Assembly (NCBI GenBank): GCA_964291405.2
Contig: OZ219926.1
Span: 2,144,001-2,208,000 of the forward strand
Direction of reading: 5' to 3'
DNA from: Thermodesulfobacteriota bacterium
Lineage (GTDB): Bacteria; Desulfobacterota; Binatia; Bin18
DNA length: 64,000 nt
Made by a program: the position numbers and the translations under genes. Positions 9,672 through 19,093 of the stretch are shown here, piece after piece; the first letter of the stretch is position 1; every line of letters begins with the position of its first letter. Under the pieces are notes generated by a model, which was not told where the DNA came from, did no database searches, and saw nothing but the letters and a program-made list of their open reading frames with translations.

Positions 9672-10889
9672 TTAAACGCTAAGAATATGAACGGCCAAAG
9701 CAGCGGCCTCGCCACGGACCATGCCGCCGCCGTTCTCGGTCAGTCCAACTTTGGCGCCCTCGACCTGACGTTTTCCGGCTTCCCCGCGGAGTTGCCAGAA
9801 AATCTCAGCGATCTGTGCCGTACCGGTGGCCCCAACCGGATGGCCCTTGGCCAGCAAACCGCCGCTCGGATTCACCGGAGTTTTCCCGCCGAGCGCCGTC
9901 GCCCCCTCGTCAATCAAGCGACCGCCCTCACCCTGCTGACACAGGCCGAGCTCTTCATAGATGATGAGTTCGGCCGGAGCCGAGGCGTCGTGGACTTCGG
10001 CCACGTCCAGGTCTTCAGGGCCAATGCCAGCCACTTCGTAGGCCTTTTTCGCCATGCGTTCTGTCACGCCGGGGTCTCCAGGCTGATGGTCCTGGCCCGA
10101 GCCCAGCACCGAGGCTTTGACATAGACCGGCTTGGTGGTGAATTCTTTCGCTTTCTCTGCGCTGGTGAGCACCAGAGCGGCGGCCCCATCGCCAATAGGG
10201 GAACACATCATCCGCGTCAGCGGGTCGGCGATCATGGGCGAGGCGAGCACATCTTCCATGCTGCGCGGTGTCTGGAACTGGGCGTGGGGGTTCAGGCTGC
10301 CGTTGGTGTGGTTCTTGGCAGCAATCTGGGCATAGTGTTCTTTGGTCGTGCCATATTTCCGCATATGGCTGCGGGCAAACTCGGCGTAAAAGTCCATGAA
10401 CATGCTGCGCGACTTGCCGGCCCCAGCCCCCTCGCCTTTCTCCTGGGTGGCCTTTTTCATATCCGCCAAAGTTTTTTGCATCAGCTCGACATCAATGGCA
10501 CTGCCAATGGCGGCAAACGATTTCTTCTTGTCCTCGTGGTAGAGCTTTTCCATACCCAGGGCGAGCACGACATCGTACATGCCGGACGCGACATACAACC
10601 AGGCCAGATGGAAGGCGGTGGCCGCGCTGGCACAGGCATTTTCGGTGTTAATAACCGGAATGCCGCCAATCCCCATTTCGCGTAGGACGACTTGCCCGCG
10701 GATGCACTCCTGACCGGTAATCAGGCCGGCCATGGCGTTCCCAACCGCGACCGCCTCCAGTGCATTAGATTCAATCCCGGCAGATTTGAGGGCACCCTCA
10801 ATGGCTTCGCGGGACAACTCTTTCATACCTTTATCCAGATGCTTGGCAAAACGGGTCATACCCGCACCAACCAGGGCAACCTCTCTCAT
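9672..10889 (-). CDS. Thiolase family protein (SCP-x/lipid-transfer type)
   Basis: ENACASA, CSPIGDGAAA, AEVHDA and NPSGGLLAKGHPVGATG motifs. Confidence 0.92.
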   Translation of the reverse strand: MREVALVGAGMTRFAKHLDKGMKELSREAIEGALKSAGIESNALEAVAVGNAMAGLITGQECIRGQVVLREMGIGGIPVINTENACASAATAFHLAWLYVASGMYDVVLALGMEKLYHEDKKKSFAAIGSAIDVELMQKTLADMKKATQEKGEGAGAGKSRSMFMDFYAEFARSHMRKYGTTKEHYAQIAAKNHTNGSLNPHAQFQTPRSMEDVLASPMIADPLTRMMCSPIGDGAAALVLTSAEKAKEFTTKPVYVKASVLGSGQDHQPGDPGVTERMAKKAYEVAGIGPEDLDVAEVHDASAPAELIIYEELGLCQQGEGGRLIDEGATALGGKTPVNPSGGLLAKGHPVGATGTAQIAEIFWQLRGEAGKRQVEGAKVGLTENGGGMVRGEAAALAVHILSV

Positions 10890-10985
10890 GTGGCTCCTCC
10901 TTCTTCTTCACATAGGTGATGAGCGGCCCAACTATATCCGCATTCCCTCTTGTTCTGCAAGGCGAATTTCTTCAGGATAGCGCGT

Positions 10986-11651
10986 GTGAATTTTGTTCTC
11001 GTTCCTATCAAAGCCCTATCCCAGGGCAAGAGCCGCCTATCCGCGCTCTTGTCCGATGTCCAGCGGTATAGCCTGTCTCAGGCCATGTTGCGCGACGTCC
11101 TGATGCAACTGCGCCGGGCGGCAACGGTGGACCGCTTTGGGGTCGTGACCTCGGACCAGGCCCTGCTCGACCTCGCGCGCGGTTTAGGTGCGGACGCCAT
11201 TGACGAGGGCCATCCGCGGGGACTGAACGGGGCCGTCGCGGTTGGGGAAGAGTTTTGCCTGCAACAGGGCGGTACAACGTTGCTCGTCCTGCTATCAGAC
11301 CTGCCGCTGGTCACCTCTGAAGACATTGACCTACTCTTGTGTGAGGCAACGGATGAGCCCGAAGTGTTGTTAGTGACGTGTAAAGAGGGCGAGGGTACCA
11401 ACGCGCTTTTGCGCACCCCGCCGCTCGTTATCCCCACCTGCTTTGGCGGTCCAAGCCTCGGCGCCCACCAAACCCGGGCGCGGGAGGAGAATGTCACCTG
11501 CCGGGTGATTGAGGCTCCACGGATTGCGTTTGACATTGACTCGGTTGAAGACCTCACACTTTTTGCCTCCGAACCAACGGCAACGCATACCTATCAGGCA
11601 TTACGGGATTTAGATGTTCTGCCTGCCCTCGGGGTTGATCCAGCGGAGTGA
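10986..11651 (+). CDS. cofC: 2-phospho-L-lactate/PEP guanylyltransferase (F420 biosynthesis)
   Basis: VLVPIKALSQGKSRLS, GLNGAV, SDLPL, GTNALL and FDIDSVEDL motifs; GTG start at 10986. Confidence 0.9.
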   Translation: MNFVLVPIKALSQGKSRLSALLSDVQRYSLSQAMLRDVLMQLRRAATVDRFGVVTSDQALLDLARGLGADAIDEGHPRGLNGAVAVGEEFCLQQGGTTLLVLLSDLPLVTSEDIDLLLCEATDEPEVLLVTCKEGEGTNALLRTPPLVIPTCFGGPSLGAHQTRAREENVTCRVIEAPRIAFDIDSVEDLTLFASEPTATHTYQALRDLDVLPALGVDPAE

Positions 11652-11701
11652 TACACCGACAAGAGAAGCCCCTGGTGCGTCTCACGCACCTACTGTGATC
11701 T

Positions 11702-12634
11702 ATGGGAAAGCCACAGGTCGTTGTTATTACCGGTCCGACCGCCACAGGAAAAACCGCGCTCGCGCTCACCCTGGCCCAACGCTATAACGCAGAGATTATT
11801 AGCGCGGATTCACGTCAGGTGTATCGCCACCTGGACATTGGGACGGCAAAACCAACCGCAGCAGAGCAGGCCCTGGTACCGCATCATGTGATTGATGTGG
11901 TCAATCCGGATGAGCATTTTGATGTGGCCCGCTTTCGGACACTGGCGCACGAGGCGATTACCGCGCTGACCCACCGTGGCAAGCGTGTTTTTGTGGTGGG
12001 TGGAACCGGCCTCTATATTCGGGCCTTGACCCGCGGGCTCTTTGTTGGACCGCGGGCCGACCCCGCGCTGCGCAAACGTCTGACCGCTCAGGAGCGGGAG
12101 CACGGCCCTGGTTTTCTATACAACTGGCTGCGCCGGGTTGATGCGGACACAGCTCAGCGGCTCCATCCAAACGACCGAACCCGGCTGATTCGGGCACTGG
12201 AAGTCTGGTTGGTGAGCGGGAAGCCGATGAGCGCCTGGCAGCGGGAGCATGGCTTCCGCGAGCGGCCGTTTTCGACGCTGCTGGTGTCCCTGGTCCTGGA
12301 ACGGGAGGTCCTGGCCCGGCGGATTCAACAGCGTTGCCAGCAGATGATTCGTGATGGCCTTGTTGACGAGGTCCGCCGGGTCTGGGATATGGGGTTTGGT
12401 GAGCAGCTTCCCGTATTCCGCACCATCGGCTATGCTCAGATTGTGGACCTCTTACATGGACGCTCCACCCTGGAGAAGGCAGTCGCCCATATGTCTACGG
12501 CAACCCGTCGGCTGGCCAAACGGCAACTGACTTGGCTGCGTGCAGAACCCGAGGTGCAATGGTATACGCCCGCACAAGAGCAAGATATCGACCGTGAGGT
12601 GCGGGGGTTCTTTGAAAGGGCGAGGAGTCTCTAA
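11702..12634 (+). CDS. miaA: tRNA dimethylallyltransferase
   Basis: GPTATGKT, ISADSRQVYRHLDIGTAKP, VGGTGLY and AKRQLTW motifs. Confidence 0.97.
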   Translation: MGKPQVVVITGPTATGKTALALTLAQRYNAEIISADSRQVYRHLDIGTAKPTAAEQALVPHHVIDVVNPDEHFDVARFRTLAHEAITALTHRGKRVFVVGGTGLYIRALTRGLFVGPRADPALRKRLTAQEREHGPGFLYNWLRRVDADTAQRLHPNDRTRLIRALEVWLVSGKPMSAWQREHGFRERPFSTLLVSLVLEREVLARRIQQRCQQMIRDGLVDEVRRVWDMGFGEQLPVFRTIGYAQIVDLLHGRSTLEKAVAHMSTATRRLAKRQLTWLRAEPEVQWYTPAQEQDIDREVRGFFERARSL

Positions 12635-12708
12635 CGAGGCAGACGGCAGAGATCGGTCGAGCCGTTCTACTCCTGACGTTTCACACCTGCTGTATTGAAG
12701 GAGCAATC

Positions 12709-13722
12709 GTGCAGACAACCTATCTCGATTTTGAGTATCCGCTGGAGGAGTTGGACAAACAGGTGTCCGCCCTCAGCCAGTTGGAAAACCGGTCAGCACA
12801 GCAACAGACGGAACTCGACGCACTGGAAGAACATATCCGACAACGCGAGGCTGAAGTGTTCACGGCTCTCTCGCCGTGGCAACGGGTGCAACTCTCCCGA
12901 CACCCGGACCGACCCTATACCCTCGATTATATTGAGGCATTATGCTCCGAATTCGTGGAGTTGCACGGCGACCGGGCCTTTGGTGATGATCCGGCGATTA
13001 TCGGTGGTCTGGCGCGTTTTCGGGGTACGCCAGTGGTGGTTGTCGGCCATCAACGTGGGAAGACCGTGACCGAAAAAGTACACCGGAATTTTGGGATGCC
13101 CCGGCCCGAAGGCTATCGCAAGGCGCTCCGCCTTTTTCATCTCGCCGAACGGTTCCAGCGACCCGTACTGAGCTTTGTTGATACCCAAGGAGCCTATCCC
13201 GGAGTGGGGGCCGAGGAGCGCGGCCAGGCCGAAGCCATTGCCAGGAATATCCAAGAAATGGCCGGCCTCAAGACTCCCATCATTGTCACGGTGATTGGAG
13301 AGGGAGGGAGTGGCGGCGCTCTTGCCCTCGGGGTCGGCGACCGGCTACTAATGCAGGAAAACGCCTGCTATTCGGTCATTACTCCTGAAGGCTGCGCGGC
13401 GATTCTCTTTGGAGAACGCACTCCGGAACGTTCGGCTTGGGCCGCCGAGGCGCTGAAGGTCACGGCTCCGCACCTGCTCGATCTCCGCGTGATTGACGAG
13501 ATGATTGCCGAGCCGTCAGGGGGAGCCCATAGACACGCCCAGGCAGCGATTAGGGATGTTGGAACCGCAATCGACCGGCATCTGCAAGCAGTGAGCGACC
13601 TGTCCGTCTCCGAGCTCATGGACCAACGCTACACGAAATTCCGTCGGATGGGAGAGATCGGCATTGTCGATACAGCAGAGGACTTGGAGGCCGAAGTCAA
13701 TGGAGTGGACGCAACGCGCTGA
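12709..13722 (+). CDS. accA: Acetyl-CoA carboxylase carboxyltransferase alpha subunit
   Basis: RHPDRP, ELHGDRAFGDD, NFGMPRPEGYRKA and GEGGSGGAL motifs. Confidence 0.97.
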   Translation: MQTTYLDFEYPLEELDKQVSALSQLENRSAQQQTELDALEEHIRQREAEVFTALSPWQRVQLSRHPDRPYTLDYIEALCSEFVELHGDRAFGDDPAIIGGLARFRGTPVVVVGHQRGKTVTEKVHRNFGMPRPEGYRKALRLFHLAERFQRPVLSFVDTQGAYPGVGAEERGQAEAIARNIQEMAGLKTPIIVTVIGEGGSGGALALGVGDRLLMQENACYSVITPEGCAAILFGERTPERSAWAAEALKVTAPHLLDLRVIDEMIAEPSGGAHRHAQAAIRDVGTAIDRHLQAVSDLSVSELMDQRYTKFRRMGEIGIVDTAEDLEAEVNGVDATR

Positions 13723-13796
13723 ATCGTAGATATCCCGCCTGGAGAGAGACCCCAGCCGCGTAGACTGGCTCAGCAAATCGTAGTACAAAGCGCCGT

Positions 13797-14921
13797 GTGG
13801 CGCACAAACGTTCCTCTTCTTCACCGCCGACATTAGATACATTCAGAGAGAGAATCGATCGGATCGATGCTCAAATCCTCACGCTGTTGAATCGCCGCGC
13901 CCGTCTGGCTCAACGGATTGGAGACACGAAGGGGAAGGGCACGGTCTATATACCAAGCCGAGAACGAGCCGTTCTCGCCCGGATGACTGACCTGAACACG
14001 GGGCCGCTTCCGGACGAATTCGTTCAGGCCATTTATCGCGAGATTATCTCCGCTTCCCGCGCGCTTGAAACGTCTTTGCGGGTTGCCTATCTCGGACCAG
14101 AGGCGAGCTATGCGCATATGGCCAGCAAAGAGCAGTTTGGCTCGAGGGTCGAGTTTGTCCCGGTAGAGACGATTCCCCAGATTTTCTCGACAGTGGAAAA
14201 CGGGCAGGTCGACTACGGGGTTGTGCCCGTCGAGAACTCGAGTCAAGGCTCGGTCGCTCTCACTCTCGATCTTTTTATTGAAACGAACCTGCATATTATT
14301 GCCGAGCGGTCATTGGCCATTCGGCACTGTTTGCTCAGCCGTGCCACAAAGCGGGAGCGTATCCAGCGAGTCCTTGCCCATCCGCAGTCCCTGGCCCAAT
14401 GTCAGCACTGGCTGGCCACGCACCTGCCAGGTGTGCCTACGGAGGCGGCGGCGAGCAATTCTCGCGCGGCTGAACTGGTGCGGCGTGACGCGCGTGCCGC
14501 AGCGATTGCCGGACGCTTGGCCGCGGAGCGCTATCAGCTCAACATCATCGATGCGGATATTCAGGACCAGGCGGCGAACTATACCCGCTTCGCTATTCTA
14601 AGCCGGACTTGGCAACCGGGTACACCAACTGGGGATGACAAAACGTCCCTGGTGCTGTCGGTCCGGGATGAGCCAGGGATCCTATATCAGGTGCTGAGGC
14701 CGTTTGCCGCGCACAGCATGAGTCTGCTGCGGATTGAGTCCCGGCCGCTCAAAGGGCGGCCCTGGGAATACGTTTTTTTTATCGATGTTGAAGGGCATGT
14801 GGGCGACCGGGCTCTCGCCGACGCCCTGCGAGAGATCGAACCCTGCTGCATGTCGGTCAAAGTGCTGGGTTCGTATACCTCCTTTGGGTCGGCGACCGGG
14901 TCGGCGCGGCAAAAACGGTGA
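13797..14921 (+). CDS. pheA: Chorismate mutase/prephenate dehydratase (P-protein)
   Basis: N-terminal CM_2 domain (RERIDRID..LLNRRA), VAYLGP, PVENS, NYTRF, and ACT domain IESRP. Confidence 0.96.
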   Translation: MAHKRSSSSPPTLDTFRERIDRIDAQILTLLNRRARLAQRIGDTKGKGTVYIPSRERAVLARMTDLNTGPLPDEFVQAIYREIISASRALETSLRVAYLGPEASYAHMASKEQFGSRVEFVPVETIPQIFSTVENGQVDYGVVPVENSSQGSVALTLDLFIETNLHIIAERSLAIRHCLLSRATKRERIQRVLAHPQSLAQCQHWLATHLPGVPTEAAASNSRAAELVRRDARAAAIAGRLAAERYQLNIIDADIQDQAANYTRFAILSRTWQPGTPTGDDKTSLVLSVRDEPGILYQVLRPFAAHSMSLLRIESRPLKGRPWEYVFFIDVEGHVGDRALADALREIEPCCMSVKVLGSYTSFGSATGSARQKR

Positions 14922-14927
14922 ATATGT

Positions 14928-16019
14928 ATGGATATTCGAAAGTATGTGCCGGATTGGGTCTTGAGCCTCACCCCGTATCAGCCGGGCAAGCCGATTGAAG
15001 AGGTGGAGCGGGAATACGGGATCAGCAACTCGGTGAAAATCGCCTCAAACGAGAATCCCCTTGGCCCGTCCCCAAAAGCGCTTGAGGCGATTCGTGCGGT
15101 CCTGCCCCAGCTCAATCTGTATCCTGACGGCGATGCCTTTTATCTCAAGCAGCGCCTAGCTGAGAAACTTGAGTTGGACCGGTCACGGATTATCATCGGT
15201 AACGGCTCGAACGAACTGATCGAGATGATCGTGCGCACCTTTTTGCGCGTGGGCGAATCGATTGTCGCCGCTGAGCACGCCTTTGCCATTTATCATCTGT
15301 GCGTGCACGCGGCCGGTGGCCGCACAATTACCGTTCCGCACACCGGCTTTGCCTTTGATCTGGACGCCATGGCGCGAGCCGTTGAAGCGGACACGCGCAT
15401 TATTTTTTTGGATAATCCCAATAATCCCACCGGCACGATCTACGCCAGGACGGACTGGGAGGCGTTTCTGGAGAGGGTGCCACCGAGCGTGGTGATTGTG
15501 GTTGATGAAGCGTATTTTGAATTTGTCGACGACCCGGACTACCCCGACTCGCTCGACTACCATTCGGATGAGCGGGTGCTCATCACCCTGCGCACCTTTT
15601 CCAAGATCTGCGGCCTGGCCGGCGTTCGCATTGGTTATGGCATTGCCTCACCGGAAGTGATTGATGCCCTCAACCGCATCCGTCAGCCCTTTAATGTGAA
15701 TACGCTCGCCCAAGTGGGAGCGTTGGCCGCGCTTGACGATACCGAGCACATCAGCCGTACCCGGGACAACAATCGCCAAGGACTGGCCTATCTACGTCGA
15801 GAGTTGGACCGTCTGGGTATCGAATACGCTCCGAGTTGGGGGAATTTCCTCCTAGTCAAGGTGGGTCCCGGCGTTTCGCAACAGCTTTTGCCCCAGGGTA
15901 TTATCATTCGGCCCATGGAGGGCTATGGCTATCCTGGCTACGCCCGTGTGAGTGTGGGCTTGGCCGAGGAAAACGAACGCTTTATTGCAGCTATGGAGAA
16001 GATACAAGCGCAGGCATAG
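14928..16019 (+). CDS. hisC: Histidinol-phosphate aminotransferase
   Basis: YQPGKP, KIASNENP, GNGSNELI, NPNNPTG, DEAY and RTFSKICGLAGVRIGY motifs. Confidence 0.95.
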   Translation: MDIRKYVPDWVLSLTPYQPGKPIEEVEREYGISNSVKIASNENPLGPSPKALEAIRAVLPQLNLYPDGDAFYLKQRLAEKLELDRSRIIIGNGSNELIEMIVRTFLRVGESIVAAEHAFAIYHLCVHAAGGRTITVPHTGFAFDLDAMARAVEADTRIIFLDNPNNPTGTIYARTDWEAFLERVPPSVVIVVDEAYFEFVDDPDYPDSLDYHSDERVLITLRTFSKICGLAGVRIGYGIASPEVIDALNRIRQPFNVNTLAQVGALAALDDTEHISRTRDNNRQGLAYLRRELDRLGIEYAPSWGNFLLVKVGPGVSQQLLPQGIIIRPMEGYGYPGYARVSVGLAEENERFIAAMEKIQAQA

Positions 16020-16036
16020 CCTGCACCTCACACGCT

Positions 16037-16939
16037 ATGTCACCATTATTTCATCGTCTGCTTATCGTCGGGGTTGGTCTGATTGGTGGTTCACTCGGAC
16101 TGGCGGCCAAAGCGCGGGGACTGGTTGAGCAAGTGGTTGGCTTTGGTCGGACTGAAGCCAATCTAAAAATTGCGCTCGACCGCGGCCTGATTGATGCCTA
16201 TACCTTCGATCCGGCCGAGGCGGCCCAGGGAACCGACTGTGTTCTGCTTGCCGTTCCCGTCCAGGCGACTGGCCCGGCCATGCAGCAGTTTCTGCCCTAT
16301 CTCTCGCCAGGCTGTATTGTAACAGATGCCGGCAGTGTCAAAGCGCCGGTCGTTTCCACACTCGAATCGCTTGTCCCCGACTCGCTGCCGTGTGTGGCCG
16401 CCCATCCTATCGCCGGGACTGAGCATGCCGGGGCTGGAGCGGCCTTTGAAACCCTCTTTGAGGGACGCTTATGTGTCTTGACGCCGACCGACAAGACCAA
16501 TGCCGACGCCCTGGCGCGGGTCCGGGCCTTATGGGAAGGTGTTGGTATGCGCGTCGAAGAAATGGACCCTGCGATCCACGACCGTATCCTCGCCCAGGTC
16601 AGCCATCTGCCCCATCTCATTGCGTTCAGTGTGATGAATGGCCTCCTTCAGGCGTTTTCGCGCTCGACCCCGCCACAGTCGGACCAAGTCGACCCGCTTG
16701 TATATGCCGGTAGTGCGTTTGCTGACTTGACTCGGGTGGCCGCCAGTCCCGTCGAAATGTGGCGTGACATCTGTCTTGAGAATCGCGACGCCTTGCTCGC
16801 CGCGATTTCCAATTTTGAAGCCGCTCTGACACAGATGAAAGCCGCCGTGGCTGAGGGGGACGGACAAGCGCTCTCGGCGGACATTACGCGAGCCCGCCAG
16901 GAGCGTCAGCGCCTGACTCGTTTGCGCGAAAAAGAGTAA
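16037..16939 (+). CDS. tyrA: Prephenate/arogenate dehydrogenase
   Basis: IVGVGLIGGS, TDAGSVK, HPIAGTE, SHLPH and DLTRVA motifs; start ATG 16037. Confidence 0.95.
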   Translation: MSPLFHRLLIVGVGLIGGSLGLAAKARGLVEQVVGFGRTEANLKIALDRGLIDAYTFDPAEAAQGTDCVLLAVPVQATGPAMQQFLPYLSPGCIVTDAGSVKAPVVSTLESLVPDSLPCVAAHPIAGTEHAGAGAAFETLFEGRLCVLTPTDKTNADALARVRALWEGVGMRVEEMDPAIHDRILAQVSHLPHLIAFSVMNGLLQAFSRSTPPQSDQVDPLVYAGSAFADLTRVAASPVEMWRDICLENRDALLAAISNFEAALTQMKAAVAEGDGQALSADITRARQERQRLTRLREKE

Positions 16940-16985
16940 ACGTGTTCTCCACTAGACACGAGATGCTGGACACGTTTACTCTTTT
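16930..16985. repeat. Intergenic palindrome, copy 1 of AAAAGAGTAAACGT family
   Basis: Perfect 16-bp inverted repeat AAAAGAGTAAACGTGT (16930-16945) ... ACACGTTTACTCTTTT (16970-16985). Confidence 0.85.
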
Positions 16986-16991
16986 GGGGAC

Positions 16992-18317
16992 ATGACACCA
17001 TCGGTGACGGTCCCTCCCGCTCCTCACGGCATACGGGGCGAAATCCGCCTGCCGGGCGATAAATCCATCAGTCACCGGGCCGTCCTGTTTGCGGCCCTAG
17101 CCACAGGAGAGAGCTGTATCCAGGGCTGTTCGCTGGGCGAGGATAATCTACGGACGATTCAGGCGATCCAATTGTTGGGAGTCGACATCACCCGACACGA
17201 CACAACGGTGATCGTGAAAAGCCGCGGCTGGGATGCTTTCCAGCCCCCGAGCAATGCGGACGCTACAATCGACTGTGGGAATTCCGGCACCACGATGCGC
17301 CTGCTGTCCGGTATTCTGGCCGGGTGTTCTTTTACCTCCCGCTTGGACGGTGATGCCTCGCTCCGGCGGCGCCCCATGGGGCGAGTCATTGAACCCCTAC
17401 AGATGATGGGTGCCACGATTGAGAATGAGGGTGGACAGCACTGCGCACCGTTACGGATTACAGGACAGAGTGGGCGCCTCACCGGTATTACGTATACGAG
17501 TTCCGTGGCAAGCGCACAGGTCAAATCCGCCATCCTTTTGGCCGGTCTGCACGCCACCGGGCGGACGACGGTTAGAGAGCCTGAACGTTCCCGCGATCAT
17601 ACGGAGCGCCTGTTACCCGCATTCGGCGGGCGGCTTGCGGTGCAGGGACGAACGGTGTCCGTTGAAGGCGGCACACCGCTGCATGCCCGGGATGTAGATG
17701 TCCCTGGTGACCTTTCTTCCGCAGCCTTTTTTATCGCGGCAGCCCTCCTACTACCTCATTCGGAGTTATGTATTCGTCAGATTGGACTCAACCCTACCCG
17801 GACGGGGATAGTGGATATCTTTCGCGCAATGGGAGCCCAGATCGAGACACACAATGCGCACAACGTCTGCGGAGAACCCGTCGGAGACCTGGTGGTCCGC
17901 TCAAGCTCCTTGCGTGGGATAACAGTTGACGGTGAGCTGATTGTCCGCGCCATTGATGAACTGCCTATGCTTGCCGTGGCGATGGCGTTTGCCCACGGCA
18001 CGTCCGTCATTCGTGGGGCCGCAGAGCTGCGCGTCAAAGAGAGTGACCGCATTCGCGCCTTGGCCATCGCCCTGGCTGCCCTCGGCGTAACGGTTGAAGA
18101 ACTGCCGGATGGGCTGGTGATCGCTGGGCAAGGCCATGTGCGAGGCGGAACGATCCACAGTCAGGGAGATCACCGCGTTGCGATGGCGTTGAGCGTAGCC
18201 GGACTCGGTTCGGACGAGGGCGTTGTTGTCCAGGAGCCGGAGTGCATTGCCATTTCCTTTCCCGGATATTACCGCCTGGTCCAAGAGGTGACCGGAGTGC
18301 GGCTAGGGACAGGCTAA
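16992..18317 (+). CDS. aroA: 3-phosphoshikimate 1-carboxyvinyltransferase (EPSP synthase)
   Basis: PGDKSISHRA, CGNSGTTMRL, SAQVKSA, RDHTE, ELRVKESDR and DHRVAM motifs. Confidence 0.97.
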   Translation: MTPSVTVPPAPHGIRGEIRLPGDKSISHRAVLFAALATGESCIQGCSLGEDNLRTIQAIQLLGVDITRHDTTVIVKSRGWDAFQPPSNADATIDCGNSGTTMRLLSGILAGCSFTSRLDGDASLRRRPMGRVIEPLQMMGATIENEGGQHCAPLRITGQSGRLTGITYTSSVASAQVKSAILLAGLHATGRTTVREPERSRDHTERLLPAFGGRLAVQGRTVSVEGGTPLHARDVDVPGDLSSAAFFIAAALLLPHSELCIRQIGLNPTRTGIVDIFRAMGAQIETHNAHNVCGEPVGDLVVRSSSLRGITVDGELIVRAIDELPMLAVAMAFAHGTSVIRGAAELRVKESDRIRALAIALAALGVTVEELPDGLVIAGQGHVRGGTIHSQGDHRVAMALSVAGLGSDEGVVVQEPECIAISFPGYYRLVQEVTGVRLGTG

Positions 18318-19021
18318 TGGCGGAGACGAAGAAGGGTCTGATCATCGCCATCGATGGTCCGGCTGGTGCAGGCAAGAGTACAGTCAGTCGTCTTTTGGCC
18401 GAACGGCTCGGCTATCGCTATATTGATACCGGAGCCCTCTACCGGACTATTGGTTTACTCGCGTGGGAACAAGGTGTGAGTCCGGACGACGGCGAGCGCC
18501 TCGCGGCCTTATGTGACGCGGCGGATATTACGCTCTCGGACACGCGTGTGCTTTTGGACGATCGGGATATTACGGAGGATATTCGTCGCCCGGAAATGAG
18601 TCAGATGGCCTCAGAGGTTTCGGCTCAGCCGCAGGTCCGCCGCGCCCTCCTCGGGCTACAACGTCGGCTCGGAGGGACCGGCGCGGCCATTCTTGAGGGG
18701 CGCGACATCGGGACGGTTGTTTTTCCGGATGCGGATATCAAAATATTTCTTGACGCCTCGATCGAAGAACGAGGACGACGGCGTTATGCCGAGCTGCAAC
18801 AACGGGGAGAGACCAATGTTTCGCTTGCGCAGACCCTGCGAGAGATGGCGGAACGAGACCACCGGGACAGCGAACGTGCCCATGCTCCACTCCGACCCGC
18901 GGCTGATGCTATACGCATCGATACCACCGCACTAACCCAAGCGGACGTAGTTGACAGCATGGCCGAATTAGTCCATGCCCATGCAAGTATTGAAAGCAAA
19001 AAGGAAAAGCCGGGTTCGTAG
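18317..19021 (+). CDS. cmk: Cytidylate kinase
   Basis: IAIDGPAGAGKST, IDTGALYR and EGRDIGTVVFPDA motifs; ATG overlaps aroA stop. Confidence 0.97.
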   Translation: MAETKKGLIIAIDGPAGAGKSTVSRLLAERLGYRYIDTGALYRTIGLLAWEQGVSPDDGERLAALCDAADITLSDTRVLLDDRDITEDIRRPEMSQMASEVSAQPQVRRALLGLQRRLGGTGAAILEGRDIGTVVFPDADIKIFLDASIEERGRRRYAELQQRGETNVSLAQTLREMAERDHRDSERAHAPLRPAADAIRIDTTALTQADVVDSMAELVHAHASIESKKEKPGS

Positions 19022-19093
19022 CTCTTGCAACCTCGCCACGAGGAGAGTATGCAAAGGCGATGTACGGGAGCTTCGTAGGGGGTAAACCATAAC

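Noticed and set aside
9615-10685. 356-aa plus-strand ORF
   Set aside because: Antisense shadow of the thiolase gene; no recognisable motifs; typical of GC-rich codon bias
15836-16036. N-terminal extension of tyrA in the ORF track (similar extensions for SulP, cmk, the glcD-like gene, CoA-transferase, supE and hsp20)
   Set aside because: Extensions overlap upstream genes or intergenic DNA; downstream starts match family N-termini and/or SD sites
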